64,000 bases of DNA from Candidatus Obscuribacteraceae bacterium. Lineage in GTDB: Bacteria > Cyanobacteriota > Vampirovibrionia > Obscuribacterales > Obscuribacteraceae. Location: NCBI GenBank assembly GCA_044226015.1, contig JBGAHS010000004.1, positions 544,001 through 608,000 on the forward strand, given 5' to 3'. The notes beneath the pieces were generated by a model. The model had not been told where the DNA came from. It made no database searches and saw nothing but the letters and a program-made list of their open reading frames with translations. A program made the position numbers and the translations under genes. Positions 19,865 to 29,696 of this stretch are shown one piece after another; positions within the stretch are counted from its first letter, which is position 1, and each line of letters starts with the position of its first letter.

Positions 19865-22258
19865 TCAGGCAAAATTGACCACAGTGACTCCATCGCCACC
19901 TTCATATGTCTCGCCAGGGCGCGATTTATTCTTATAGTTGCAATCTTTGAGAAAGTCTCGGACTGCTTGTTTCATTGCTCCAGTGCCATGCCCATGAATA
20001 ATCATCAGAGGAGAAAGATGTGCCAGGTAGGCTTCATCTACAAAACGTTCAAGAAGTGCCAGTCCCTGGTCGACTCTCTGCCCTCGCAGGTCGAGGGTGT
20101 TGCTATCGCTTCTGACAAAAACTGGATCTTCAGCTAGAGCTACGCGCTTTTTGTTTGGAACGGACTTTTGCAGTTGCACCTGTTTCTGAATCTTTGGAGC
20201 AGCAACAAAGTCGACATCGTTCATAGCGACTTTGACTTTAATGCGACCAACAAGGACCTGAACCTTGTCTCCCTGATGTTCGGGTAATGCGTCGAGCGTT
20301 CCAATTTGATTAAGCGAGCGAACGCGCACTGTGCTACCAACCTGAATTGTCGATTGCGCTTGCGCATATTCATTTTCGTCGAGCCAATTTAATTCTTTGC
20401 GAATGGAATCGAGTTCTTGCTTCGCTTGCTGCGCTCTTGCAAGCGAAGGTGATTTCTGCAAATTTGCGGTTAGCTCGTTTATCAATGTCTTTGCGGCTTT
20501 GTAGTCGTCTTGAAATTGATTGCTTGCCTGATAGCGTGAGCGCTTGTACTCCTCTTCCAGCGTCTTTGCTTTCTGTTCGAGAGCGGTCTCTTTTTGAAGA
20601 ATCTCTAGTCTCAGTTTTTGTAACTCATCTTCCTGTCTACTTATGGCTTGCAAGCGAGCTTCCAGCTCATCTACTTTATGTTCGAAATCTTCTTTGCTCG
20701 AGTCGAGAAGTTCTTTCGCTTCCTCCACCAAAGCCTCGTCGAGTCCGAGTCGCGCTGCAACCGCGATGGCTCGCGAGGCGCCCGCAACTCCGAGACGCAG
20801 TTTGTAAGAAGGAGCAAGTGATTTGTCATTGAACTCCATGCTTGCGTTTGAGTATGCCTGGTCTTCATGTGCGAGTGATTTCAAGTCGCCATAGTGAGTG
20901 CTACACAGAGTGAGCGCTCCCTGTCGTTTGAGTTGACCCAGAATTACGCGTGCGAGAATCGTGCCTTCTCGTGGGTCAGTTCCTGCACCAATTTCATCTA
21001 GCAAAACCAGAGTGCTGGAACTGGCTTGCCGTGTAATTTCGATGATATTGCTCATATGTGATGAGAACGTCGACAGGTTTTGTTCGAGCGATTGCTCATC
21101 CCCAATATCAGCAAAGACACCGCTGAAAATGGGCATTTGAGAGCCAAGTGAGCAAGGCAGCAAAAGCCCCGCGCGCAGCATCAATGCGAGCAGCCCAGCG
21201 GTTTTTAGATAAACTGTTTTACCGCCTGTGTTTGGACCGGTGATGATTAACGCTTTTAACTCGCCATCGAGAATGATATCGTTTGGTATCACTTTTTCCA
21301 TACTTGAATATTGCAAAACCAACAGCGGGTGCCGGGCTTGCTTCAATCGAAGTTCGCCGTTTTGCGATATTCGCGGCAACGTGCCCTCATACTTTCGGGC
21401 AAGGTTTGCCTTCGCGGAAATGAAATCGGAGTCTATCAACGCTTCAAACGATGACTGTATTGGTTCAAGTAATTTCGCTGCCTGGGCGCTGAGGTCCCAC
21501 AAGAGGCGATCAATCTCGTGTTCAATTTCCGCTTCATTGATTCGTATTTTGTTTGTCAGCTCGACGACAGAAAGAGGCTCAACGTAAATAGTGAGCCCTG
21601 TCGATGAGCTGTCGTGCACGATGCCATCAATTGCCTGGCGCATGTTTGCCAAAACTGGCAGCACATGTCTGCCGTTTCTCAACGTGTAAATTGGCTCTTG
21701 GAGGCACTTTGATTGTGTCGGCGAATTGATGATTTTTTGCAATTCGTCTTTGATTCTCGAACTCAAGCGCTGCACCTCTTTACGCAATTTGCGCAAGAGA
21801 GGGCTAGCATCGTCCCTGATACCGCCTGATTCATCCACTACAGCGTCAATTGCATTTTCGAGATCTTGAAAGACAAAGAGCCGTGAGGCAAGCAATTCAC
21901 GCAAGGTTGGATAGTCCTCGTCATCGAGATTGTTTACCACTATCTTCAACTTATGGCTCAGCTTCAATACCTGCTTCATTTCCATCAGCTCGTGCGCTCC
22001 AAGCGACGCACCCGTGCTAAGTCTGCGCAGCGATTCTCGAATATCGTGCAATCCTTCCTGGGAAAGAGAGATGCCATTAAAAAATGCACGCAGCCCTTCT
22101 TCGCTTTCGCGCAGAAGCCTTTCGATTTCTGCAGGATGGTCGAAGAGTTCCAACTGCAGCGCCACCTCGCGACTGCATGAGGAGGCGCACTCAGCCGCAA
22201 GGAATTGCTTGAGTCGCTCCCATTCTAATGATTTAAGTGTTCTAGCATTAACATCCAT
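19865..22258 (-). CDS. mutS2: Endonuclease MutS2
   Basis: ITGPNTGGKT Walker A, DIGDEQSLEQNLSTFSSHM, LLDEIGAGTDP, C-terminal Smr domain (LDLRG..IIHGHGTG). Confidence 0.95.
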   Translation of the reverse strand: MDVNARTLKSLEWERLKQFLAAECASSCSREVALQLELFDHPAEIERLLRESEEGLRAFFNGISLSQEGLHDIRESLRRLSTGASLGAHELMEMKQVLKLSHKLKIVVNNLDDEDYPTLRELLASRLFVFQDLENAIDAVVDESGGIRDDASPLLRKLRKEVQRLSSRIKDELQKIINSPTQSKCLQEPIYTLRNGRHVLPVLANMRQAIDGIVHDSSSTGLTIYVEPLSVVELTNKIRINEAEIEHEIDRLLWDLSAQAAKLLEPIQSSFEALIDSDFISAKANLARKYEGTLPRISQNGELRLKQARHPLLVLQYSSMEKVIPNDIILDGELKALIITGPNTGGKTVYLKTAGLLALMLRAGLLLPCSLGSQMPIFSGVFADIGDEQSLEQNLSTFSSHMSNIIEITRQASSSTLVLLDEIGAGTDPREGTILARVILGQLKRQGALTLCSTHYGDLKSLAHEDQAYSNASMEFNDKSLAPSYKLRLGVAGASRAIAVAARLGLDEALVEEAKELLDSSKEDFEHKVDELEARLQAISRQEDELQKLRLEILQKETALEQKAKTLEEEYKRSRYQASNQFQDDYKAAKTLINELTANLQKSPSLARAQQAKQELDSIRKELNWLDENEYAQAQSTIQVGSTVRVRSLNQIGTLDALPEHQGDKVQVLVGRIKVKVAMNDVDFVAAPKIQKQVQLQKSVPNKKRVALAEDPVFVRSDSNTLDLRGQRVDQGLALLERFVDEAYLAHLSPLMIIHGHGTGAMKQAVRDFLKDCNYKNKSRPGETYEGGDGVTVVNFA

Positions 22259-22426
22259 AAGTCTAAAATCCTATCGCATACAGCGGCAAGCTGTATCTAT
22301 GCTCGTAGTGAGAGTAACTAAATTGAAATTGACTATCATCGTTTCCTTTTTCGAGGTGTTAGGCTGAGTGCTATCTAAAGCGCGGCGATACTATAATTAC
22401 GGCGTGTCACATAGCGTGGGTAGCAC

Positions 22427-23029
22427 ATGGGCGTCAATATTTTTGCTTATGCTCCATCCTTAAACAATGCGGTGATTTCAAAGGTGCTGCAACGATTTGC
22501 AGACTTTGGCTTGGCTGTCGAACTTCATCCAGATATTGTGATTTCGGATGGACTTCAAACTGAGTACTGGGAACTCTGCTTCAAATTGCGGTTCTGCAAA
22601 GAAGGTCCGAAAGAAATAATCGGCAAAGATTTACTTACCTTTTTTGAGTTCTGTACTCATGATTTTGATTACGACGCAGCTCTGAGCGATCGAAACGATT
22701 GTTTGAGAGCGGCGAATCAGCCGAATCTTCTTCAGAAGCTTGCCGGAAAAACCTATGAGCCGATAACGGTTTTCGCTGATGGGCAAAATATCGATGCCAG
22801 GCTCAAACAATCTAAGCGTGCAGTTGAGATCGAGCTGCGAAGGCAAACTGAAGAGCTGCTTGGAGTTAGTTTTGCTTCCGTCGTGGCTGACCTCACTGAC
22901 GGTGTTTATCACAATGCGGATTCAGGAGAGTATTTGTTGGGAAAGGATGCTGTCGCTCGAATCCCCGAGCTAATAAGGAATACTCCTTCGGGACTTGATT
23001 GGGTCCTTTTCGAGGGGTGGCCGGACTAA
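22427..23029 (+). CDS. Hypothetical protein
   Basis: 200 aa ORF filling an intergenic gap; TATAAT at 22393-22398 upstream; no recognised family. Confidence 0.65.
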   Translation: MGVNIFAYAPSLNNAVISKVLQRFADFGLAVELHPDIVISDGLQTEYWELCFKLRFCKEGPKEIIGKDLLTFFEFCTHDFDYDAALSDRNDCLRAANQPNLLQKLAGKTYEPITVFADGQNIDARLKQSKRAVEIELRRQTEELLGVSFASVVADLTDGVYHNADSGEYLLGKDAVARIPELIRNTPSGLDWVLFEGWPD

Positions 23030-23339
23030 CCGTCATCTCATATCGTCGAATGATCTGTCATATCGGACAGCTTCGAGAGCCAGGCTGGCGAAATATGGAC
23101 GATGAATCTTCAGGTCAAAGCATTTAATGACCGTTCCAGATCCATGATGGGATCCGTCGCTTGATTCGGCGGTTCAGAAGCCGACAGGATGCAGGCGCTC
23201 CCAATCGAGCTTCCCTTTTAAATCCCAGCCTGAGCCATACGAGCCCTTTGAGCTTCCTACAAGATCCCAGCCCGAGCCTTTCGACCCAGCGGAGTTCGTT
23301 GAGCGAGCGCTCTACTTCAAATTAAGTTAAAAGCTTTGA

Positions 23340-23675
23340 CTAGCCAGCTGTACTGGAGTCTACTACCGTAGCTGCGACCGGAGCCTCGGTCGCTGCTGCC
23401 GCTGGAACTACTTTGGGTGCCACAACTGGTGTCGGTGTCGGTAGGCTGTCCATTCCCATAGAATCCATCAATTTTTTCAAACGCACTTTTTGAAGTTCAT
23501 AAATGCGGTTGTTGCGCTTGTGGACGATGCCAATGCGCTCTAGTTGCTTAACAGCGTCTAGATGCTCAGCAGGAACAGTGCTAACCTCAACGCTACCCCT
23601 TTCGATGAGCCATCCTATGGTCTGCGAAAGTGAGCCAAGTAATTTGCGTAGTGGTTGTTCGTAATAAGCTGTCAT
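23340..23675 (-). CDS. Small hypothetical protein, possibly winged-helix
   Basis: GGGAGG RBS; VKQLERIGIVHKRNNRIYEL is wHTH-like; Ala/Pro/Thr-rich tail. Confidence 0.6.
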   Translation of the reverse strand: MTAYYEQPLRKLLGSLSQTIGWLIERGSVEVSTVPAEHLDAVKQLERIGIVHKRNNRIYELQKVRLKKLMDSMGMDSLPTPTPVVAPKVVPAAAATEAPVAATVVDSSTAG

Positions 23676-23807
23676 ATGTGCACGTCCTCCCGGCTAGTAA
23701 ATTTTAACACCTTAAGGCCTCGTATTGCCTGCGAGCGAGGACGCCAAGACCCCGCGATGCCTATTTACGTTAGAAACATTAGTCACGTTAAATAATGTGG
23801 AGACAAA

Positions 23808-24317
23808 ATGATCAGAGCCTTTGAAGGAAATAGCCCCAATATTGCAAAGAGCGCCTATGTGGCTCCCAACGTTACGTTGATAGGAGATGTAAATATTGGA
23901 GATGACGCCAGTATTTGGTTTCAAAGCGTATTGCGAGCTGATATCAATTCGATAAGTATCGGGGCGAAGACGAATATCCAGGATGGCTGCATGCTGCACA
24001 TCACCAAAAAGCACCCTCTTGTTGTCGGCGAGAGGGTAACTGTCGGTCATGGTGCGATTTTACATGGCTGCACTATAGCAAGTGACTGCCTGATAGCCAT
24101 GGGCGCCATCATTCTTGATGGTGCCGTTGTCGAGGAACGCTGCATCATTGGTGCTGGAACTGTGGTTCCCCCTGGTATGACGATCAAGTCTGGAAGTCTT
24201 GCACTAGGGTCGCCGGCAAAAGTGATACGCGAACTCACGCGAGATGATCTTGAACGAATCGACCAGGGATGGCGTAACTACATTGATTACGCCAATAGAT
24301 TTGCGCTATTGGAGTAA
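23808..24317 (+). CDS. Gamma carbonic anhydrase family (YrdA/PaaY-like) protein
   Basis: Hexapeptide repeats; LRAD, TNIQDG..LH, VTVGHGAILHGC. Confidence 0.92.
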   Translation: MIRAFEGNSPNIAKSAYVAPNVTLIGDVNIGDDASIWFQSVLRADINSISIGAKTNIQDGCMLHITKKHPLVVGERVTVGHGAILHGCTIASDCLIAMGAIILDGAVVEERCIIGAGTVVPPGMTIKSGSLALGSPAKVIRELTRDDLERIDQGWRNYIDYANRFALLE

Positions 24318-24404
24318 GTTCAGAATTAAGCTTCGTTTCGTGGTTTTACCGGGTAAATTTTCGCCATTTGGGGCTATATTCGAAATAGCGCGACAGGACC
24401 TATC

Positions 24405-25373
24405 ATGGCAGATCTGGCTCGAGATAAAGTTGAACCCCAGGAAACAGTTGAGCGCACAGGTGCTCAAACTGATTGGAATAGCTCAGCAGCTGATACGGCT
24501 TGGCTGCGGTCTGCTTTGTCTCCGGCTCCGATTGTGGACTCAAAGCAAGCAGAGAACATTGATGTTCACACGAGAGCTACCAGAGCTTCGGATGCTTCGA
24601 TAGCTCTGCCCACCTTACACCTCAACGATGATAAGGTGAATGTAAGTGACAACTACAGTGTCAACTCTGACGTGGCGAAGACTTATTTGAACAACAGAAT
24701 GGCAGTAGTACGAATACTCACTGTTGACCCTAAGGTTGACGCCACATTCAGCTCGTCATCAGGGTCAGGCTCGATTATTCTTGCAAGCGGTTTGGTCGCA
24801 ACTGGCTACCATGTTGTGAAAAATGCTGCGGCATTGCACGTAAAAACTGATGATGGAAAGATTTACGAAGCGACGCTCGTTGATGCGGATGCGTCGAAAG
24901 ACCAGGCTGTACTTCAAATCAAGCCGGATAGTCCGTTTACTACTTTTCGTCCTGTGACTCTTGCCTCGGACAGCAAAGAAGCTGAGCAGCATCAGATGTT
25001 GGCGCTGGGATATCCGCGTCAGGTTCAGGATATGCATGTCTCAAATTTGAGTTTTAACGAGCGAACCTCCTTAGACCGGCTGAAAGTCACCGGTGGACTT
25101 CTTCCAGGAGAAGACCCTCGGCGAGGACTTATCAAAGCTGTCGGTCCCGTGTTCAAAGGTAATTCTGGCGGACCTGTTTTTGACAGTGTTACAGGAAAAC
25201 AGGTTGGCATAGTAAATATGAGTGCTACAAACGAGACATACATTACACCTATCGAAGACTTTCAAAAATTCTTGAGCCAGGTGCAATCCAAATACAAGTC
25301 GCCGGAGCAGAGTGGGCGAAAATCCTATACACCAACTACTTTCACCCTGCCCACTTGGGAGCTCAAAAAGTAG
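24405..25373 (+). CDS. Trypsin-like (S1) serine protease without signal peptide or PDZ domain
   Basis: GSGSII, ATGYHVV (His), DQAVL (Asp), GNSGGPV (Ser). Confidence 0.85.
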   Translation: MADLARDKVEPQETVERTGAQTDWNSSAADTAWLRSALSPAPIVDSKQAENIDVHTRATRASDASIALPTLHLNDDKVNVSDNYSVNSDVAKTYLNNRMAVVRILTVDPKVDATFSSSSGSGSIILASGLVATGYHVVKNAAALHVKTDDGKIYEATLVDADASKDQAVLQIKPDSPFTTFRPVTLASDSKEAEQHQMLALGYPRQVQDMHVSNLSFNERTSLDRLKVTGGLLPGEDPRRGLIKAVGPVFKGNSGGPVFDSVTGKQVGIVNMSATNETYITPIEDFQKFLSQVQSKYKSPEQSGRKSYTPTTFTLPTWELKK

Positions 25374-25427
25374 ACCTTGCCTTAGTCCAACATGATAAAG
25401 TAAGACCAGTGACCTTTTTTGCTGGCC

Positions 25428-26822
25428 ATGCTTAGTATCAAACGGACAGAACAACCTGCAGCTCTCGCTAGCCCGAAATTGATTTCTGGCTGGGGTCGTT
25501 ACCCTCTGATTTCTGCTCAGGTTTATAACCCTGATACCATGCGACTTCTTAATGCCTGCCTCACTGAGTGCAGCGAATTGGACATGCCTGTGATAGCTCG
25601 TGGTATGGGGCGAAGCTACGGTGACCCGGCAGTGGCTGCGGATGCGCGTGTAGTTCAGACTCTTGGACTGAATAGGATGCTTGAGTTTGACGAAAGTTCT
25701 GGACGCTTGCGATGCGAACCTGGTGTTAGCTTTGAGGACATCATCAATACGTTTTTGCCTCGTGGATGGTTTCCGCCGGTTACGCCGGGCACAAAATATG
25801 TCACCATGGGCGGTGCTCTGGCATCAGACATTCATGGAAAGAACCATCATAAAGATGGTTCTTTTGCAAACTTTGTAAACTCATTTCTCTTGGTGACAGC
25901 TGACAACACTACGCTGCGATGTTCTCGCGAAGAGAATTCTGACTTGTTTTGGGCCACAGCTGGTGGCATGGGGCTAACTGGATTTATCAAAGAAATCGAG
26001 CTGGATCTCAAATCGGTTGAAACACCGTACCTGCACGTCAAGAAAATTCGCTGTTCGAATTTGGATGAGACCTGTAGGTTAATTGAAGAAAGCGAAAAGG
26101 AATACGAATACAGTGTCTGCTGGATTGATTGTTTGGCTTCTGCTGCCAATTTGGGGCGCAGTATTCTCATTTTAGGTAGGCATGCATCAAAAAATGATTT
26201 GTCCGACGAATTGAAAAATGCTGAACTTGTGCCTGTCAAAAAAGGAATAACTGTACCCCTCGATATGCCTTCCTGGCTTCTAAATCGGTTTTCGATAGGA
26301 GCTTTCAACGAGGTCTACTACCATTTCTCATCAGCTTCAGCGAAGGAACATATCGAACATTACAATCCATTTTTTTATCCGCTGGATTTTTTGAGCGATT
26401 GGAACCGCATGTATGGCAAAGATGGTTTTATTCAATACCAATGTGTGTTTCCTCTTAAGCAGAGTCGTGTCGGACTAGAGGAGGTTTTGGACCTATCTGC
26501 AAGGCGTGGGCGCAGCTCGTTTCTTGCTGTGCTGAAGAAGTTCGGAAAAGGAAATCGTTTTCTTTCGTTTCCTACGCCTGGTTATACGCTGACCCTAGAC
26601 ATACCTGTAAAAGCAGGGCTGATTGAGTTCACGAAAGAGCTTGATGCAATCGTGCTGAAGTATGGCGGTCGCGTGTATCTTGCGAAAGATGCTTGCCTCG
26701 ACGCTGATGCGTTTCGCAAAATGTACCCTGAATTTCCTGCATGGCAGGAAATCAAAAGGTCTGTTGATCCTTCCAATCATTTTCGCTCATCGCTCTCGGA
26801 ACGATTGAAGCTTCAGGCTTGA
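25428..26822 (+). CDS. FAD-binding oxidoreductase, DprE1-like (decaprenylphosphoryl-ribose oxidase family)
   Basis: SGWG, RGMGRSYGD, PVTPGTKYVTMGGALASDIHGKNHH, WNRMYG..GFIQYQ, SFLAVLK and GGRVYLAKD. Confidence 0.85.
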   Translation: MLSIKRTEQPAALASPKLISGWGRYPLISAQVYNPDTMRLLNACLTECSELDMPVIARGMGRSYGDPAVAADARVVQTLGLNRMLEFDESSGRLRCEPGVSFEDIINTFLPRGWFPPVTPGTKYVTMGGALASDIHGKNHHKDGSFANFVNSFLLVTADNTTLRCSREENSDLFWATAGGMGLTGFIKEIELDLKSVETPYLHVKKIRCSNLDETCRLIEESEKEYEYSVCWIDCLASAANLGRSILILGRHASKNDLSDELKNAELVPVKKGITVPLDMPSWLLNRFSIGAFNEVYYHFSSASAKEHIEHYNPFFYPLDFLSDWNRMYGKDGFIQYQCVFPLKQSRVGLEEVLDLSARRGRSSFLAVLKKFGKGNRFLSFPTPGYTLTLDIPVKAGLIEFTKELDAIVLKYGGRVYLAKDACLDADAFRKMYPEFPAWQEIKRSVDPSNHFRSSLSERLKLQA

Positions 26823-26942
26823 ATCACTGGTTAGGGAGTTCGAAATTGATCCGTTCATCAAGGAAATGATGCCAAAATTATTTCCGTGAAAGTCAGGCGT
26901 CGGCTATACTCCCATAAACCTAAAGAGTAAAGTAGATCATTC

Positions 26943-28283
26943 ATGCTGAGCAAAATTGCAACCATTTTCAAGCCTGCTGCTTTCATAGAACCGATTCCAG
27001 CTGAGCAGATTCCTGCAGAGTACAAAAAATATCGTATTCAAGTTCTTGCTAGCATCTTTGTAGGTTACGCTTCTTACTATCTGGTTCGCTCAAACATCAA
27101 TGTAGCAAAACCCTACCTGATACACGACCTCGGTTTGAGCAAGACTGATGTCGGTATGCTCGCTTCTGCACTAACCATTGCCTATGGAATCAGCAAGTTC
27201 ATCATGGGCAATGTATCTGATCGTTCTAATCCCCGGTACTTTCTTGCGACTGGGCTGATTTTATCTGGCATGACTAATCTTGTCTTTGGTTTTTTGCCAA
27301 GCCTGACTTTGATGATCGTGTTCTGGTTTTTGAATGGCTGGTTTCAAGGCATGGGATGGCCGCCCTGTGGCAGAACAATGGTGCACTGGTTTTCTGATGG
27401 TGAGCGCGGCACAAAGATGGCAATTTGGAACGTTGCTCACAATGTTGGGGGCATGCTGGCACCACTTATTGCAAGTTATGCTATTGTCGTGCCACTACTG
27501 GGAGGCTCATGGAAAGCAGCCTTCTATGTTCCAGCGATTTTATCAATCATCACAGGTGTTCTGGTTGTTATTTTCATGAGGGACACGCCGCAATCGGTTG
27601 GTTTGCCACCCATTGAAGCTCACATGAACGACTACCCTGCCACCGCCCTTGATGACCCCGAGCGTGAACTTTCTGGGTCAGAAATCATGATGAAACACGT
27701 ATTCAACAACAAGTATCTCTGGTTGTTCTCTGCTGCCAATGTTCTTGTTTATATTGTTCGCTATGGTGTTGTGAATTGGGCTCCAACCTATCTAACTGAA
27801 GTGAAAGGTTACTCGATTACTCACTCTGCATGGCAGTCTTCGCTCTATGAGATGGCGGGAATTCCAGGCATGCTCTTCTCGGGCTGGGCCAGTGATAGAT
27901 TCTTTCATGGGCGCCGCTCGCCTGTAATGGTCTTCTTCATGTTACTGGTTACAGCTGCTGTTCTTCTCTATTGGTTTAACCCTGCAGGAAATCAGCTTGT
28001 TGATTCCATAGCTTTAATAGCCATTGGATTTTTGATTTATGGTCCAGTCATGCTCATCGGTATTGCTGCTGTGGATCTTGTGCCAAAGAAAGCGGCTGGA
28101 ACAGCCGCAGGCTTGACTGGCTTGTTTGGCTATCTGGGCGCTACAGCAGCTGAAATTGGCATTGGCTCAATCGTGCAGAATTATGGTTGGAACATGGGTT
28201 TCAGCGTCATCATTGGAGCTGCGCTCTTATCGATTGTTTTACTCTTGTTCACGTGGAATGTTCATGACCGCCGTAAGCACTGA
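26943..28283 (+). CDS. glpT: Organophosphate:Pi antiporter MFS (GlpT/PgtP family)
   Basis: YGISKF..SDRSNPR, NGWFQGMGWPPC, WNVAHNVGG, RDTPQSVGLPPIE, GFLIYGPVMLIG. Confidence 0.8.
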   Translation: MLSKIATIFKPAAFIEPIPAEQIPAEYKKYRIQVLASIFVGYASYYLVRSNINVAKPYLIHDLGLSKTDVGMLASALTIAYGISKFIMGNVSDRSNPRYFLATGLILSGMTNLVFGFLPSLTLMIVFWFLNGWFQGMGWPPCGRTMVHWFSDGERGTKMAIWNVAHNVGGMLAPLIASYAIVVPLLGGSWKAAFYVPAILSIITGVLVVIFMRDTPQSVGLPPIEAHMNDYPATALDDPERELSGSEIMMKHVFNNKYLWLFSAANVLVYIVRYGVVNWAPTYLTEVKGYSITHSAWQSSLYEMAGIPGMLFSGWASDRFFHGRRSPVMVFFMLLVTAAVLLYWFNPAGNQLVDSIALIAIGFLIYGPVMLIGIAAVDLVPKKAAGTAAGLTGLFGYLGATAAEIGIGSIVQNYGWNMGFSVIIGAALLSIVLLLFTWNVHDRRKH

Positions 28284-28298
28284 TTGTCAAAAACAAAG

Positions 28299-28324
28299 GA
28301 GCACTGCCAGTGGTGGCAATGCTC
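28299..28324. terminator. Hairpin between convergent genes
   Basis: GAGCACTGCCA-GTGG-TGGCAATGCTC. Confidence 0.55.
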
Positions 28325-28351
28325 TCGTTTGATTCTAGTTTGCTGTTCCTG

Positions 28352-29431
28352 TTAATCGTCGCGCTCTGAACGATCCTTGGGTTCAGCTGCGATGCGATCC
28401 GAAGGTACTGTGTCAGATGGCGAAGCTTGCGCCTGGATAAGAGGTGTCTTTTGTGTCGCGTGATTGTTCAACCAGCTAACAATTGTTTCCATGGTATCTG
28501 GCATGATGTGCGCAGTTTCAATCAGAATATGACCGCGCTCTTCAAACCAACGAACTTCCTGATCTTGGGTTTTCAGGTTTTTAAGCAAGAGTTGTACCGC
28601 ATCAGCGCGTACGCAGCGGTCATCTTTCGCTTGAAGCACAAGAACTGGCTGTTTCGAGCTGATTTTTGGAACGTACGCAAGTGTTCTGTTGATACAAGAG
28701 CGACTTGCATAGAGATCTTTAGCACACATTTTGCGGCGCAAGAGTGGGTCTTCGCTCAATTCGCGAACGATTTGAGGATCTTCACTTGCATACCGTTTCA
28801 CATAAGGCATCAAATTGAGCTGGCGCTTGTAATTGGCAACGATTAGAGGCAAATTTTTCATCGAATTCTTATCGAAGAAATTGTGTGCTCTAATTGCAGG
28901 CGCGGAAAGAACCAGTCCACTAGCAAGCTCAGGCTTCTGGCTGGCTATGCGAATTGCCATAGCAGCTCCCATGCTTTCGCCGACGATATATAAAGGAAGT
29001 CCATCATTAATGGATTTCAACTGTTCGGCGAGTCTGGTCAAGTCGGCTTGAGACTTGTCGTAATTTATTTTCTGTTTGCAGTCCTTGGACGAGCAGAATT
29101 CATGTGGATACTCTTTGGTCAGGCGACCGTATCCGCGCATGTCTGTTGCGTACACGAGGAAACCTTGCTCTGCCAGCGTTTTGCCCAGTTCATCATAGGT
29201 TTGTCCATGCATGACAAGCCCGTGGATCGCAAGAATCACACCTTTGGGCTTGCCTTGCGGCGCCCAGTGATAAATTGGCATGTTCAGCTGGTACTCAAGA
29301 TCTATATGATGTTGGCATTCCAACGCCTGATCTTCAGCAGCCAGAGCTGGCATTACACTCATTGTTGTTGTCAAAGTGGTCAATGCAAGAGCGCACCGCA
29401 ACGCCATGCGGCGGAACTCCGATATGGTCAT
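28352..29431 (-). CDS. Secreted alpha/beta hydrolase (lysophospholipase/monoacylglycerol lipase-like)
   Basis: ILAIHG, DMRGYG, GESMG nucleophile elbow, Asp (KDDRCV), His (RGH); signal peptide ending ALA-A. Confidence 0.8.
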   Translation of the reverse strand: MTISEFRRMALRCALALTTLTTTMSVMPALAAEDQALECQHHIDLEYQLNMPIYHWAPQGKPKGVILAIHGLVMHGQTYDELGKTLAEQGFLVYATDMRGYGRLTKEYPHEFCSSKDCKQKINYDKSQADLTRLAEQLKSINDGLPLYIVGESMGAAMAIRIASQKPELASGLVLSAPAIRAHNFFDKNSMKNLPLIVANYKRQLNLMPYVKRYASEDPQIVRELSEDPLLRRKMCAKDLYASRSCINRTLAYVPKISSKQPVLVLQAKDDRCVRADAVQLLLKNLKTQDQEVRWFEERGHILIETAHIMPDTMETIVSWLNNHATQKTPLIQAQASPSDTVPSDRIAAEPKDRSERDD

Positions 29432-29696
29432 AAGCTGGCCCCCTTTTGAGCTTATGCGGAGGGTGGTGACTTTGAGCCTGATGCGCTCAATCCATCCATA
29501 CTTGACTCTTACCAACCTAATGGTAGGTTCTAAACATCAATTCTTAAAATCGTCGAAGTCTTCTGCGGATAAAAATCGTACTTTTTTGTAGAGAGATTCT
29601 TCGTAAACGTTCATTCTGAGCGGGAAATAAGGGAGATACCGTGTAAACTATGGGGGATTTAGCGGGTGGGTTAAATTCCCGAGAAGAGAAACATAT

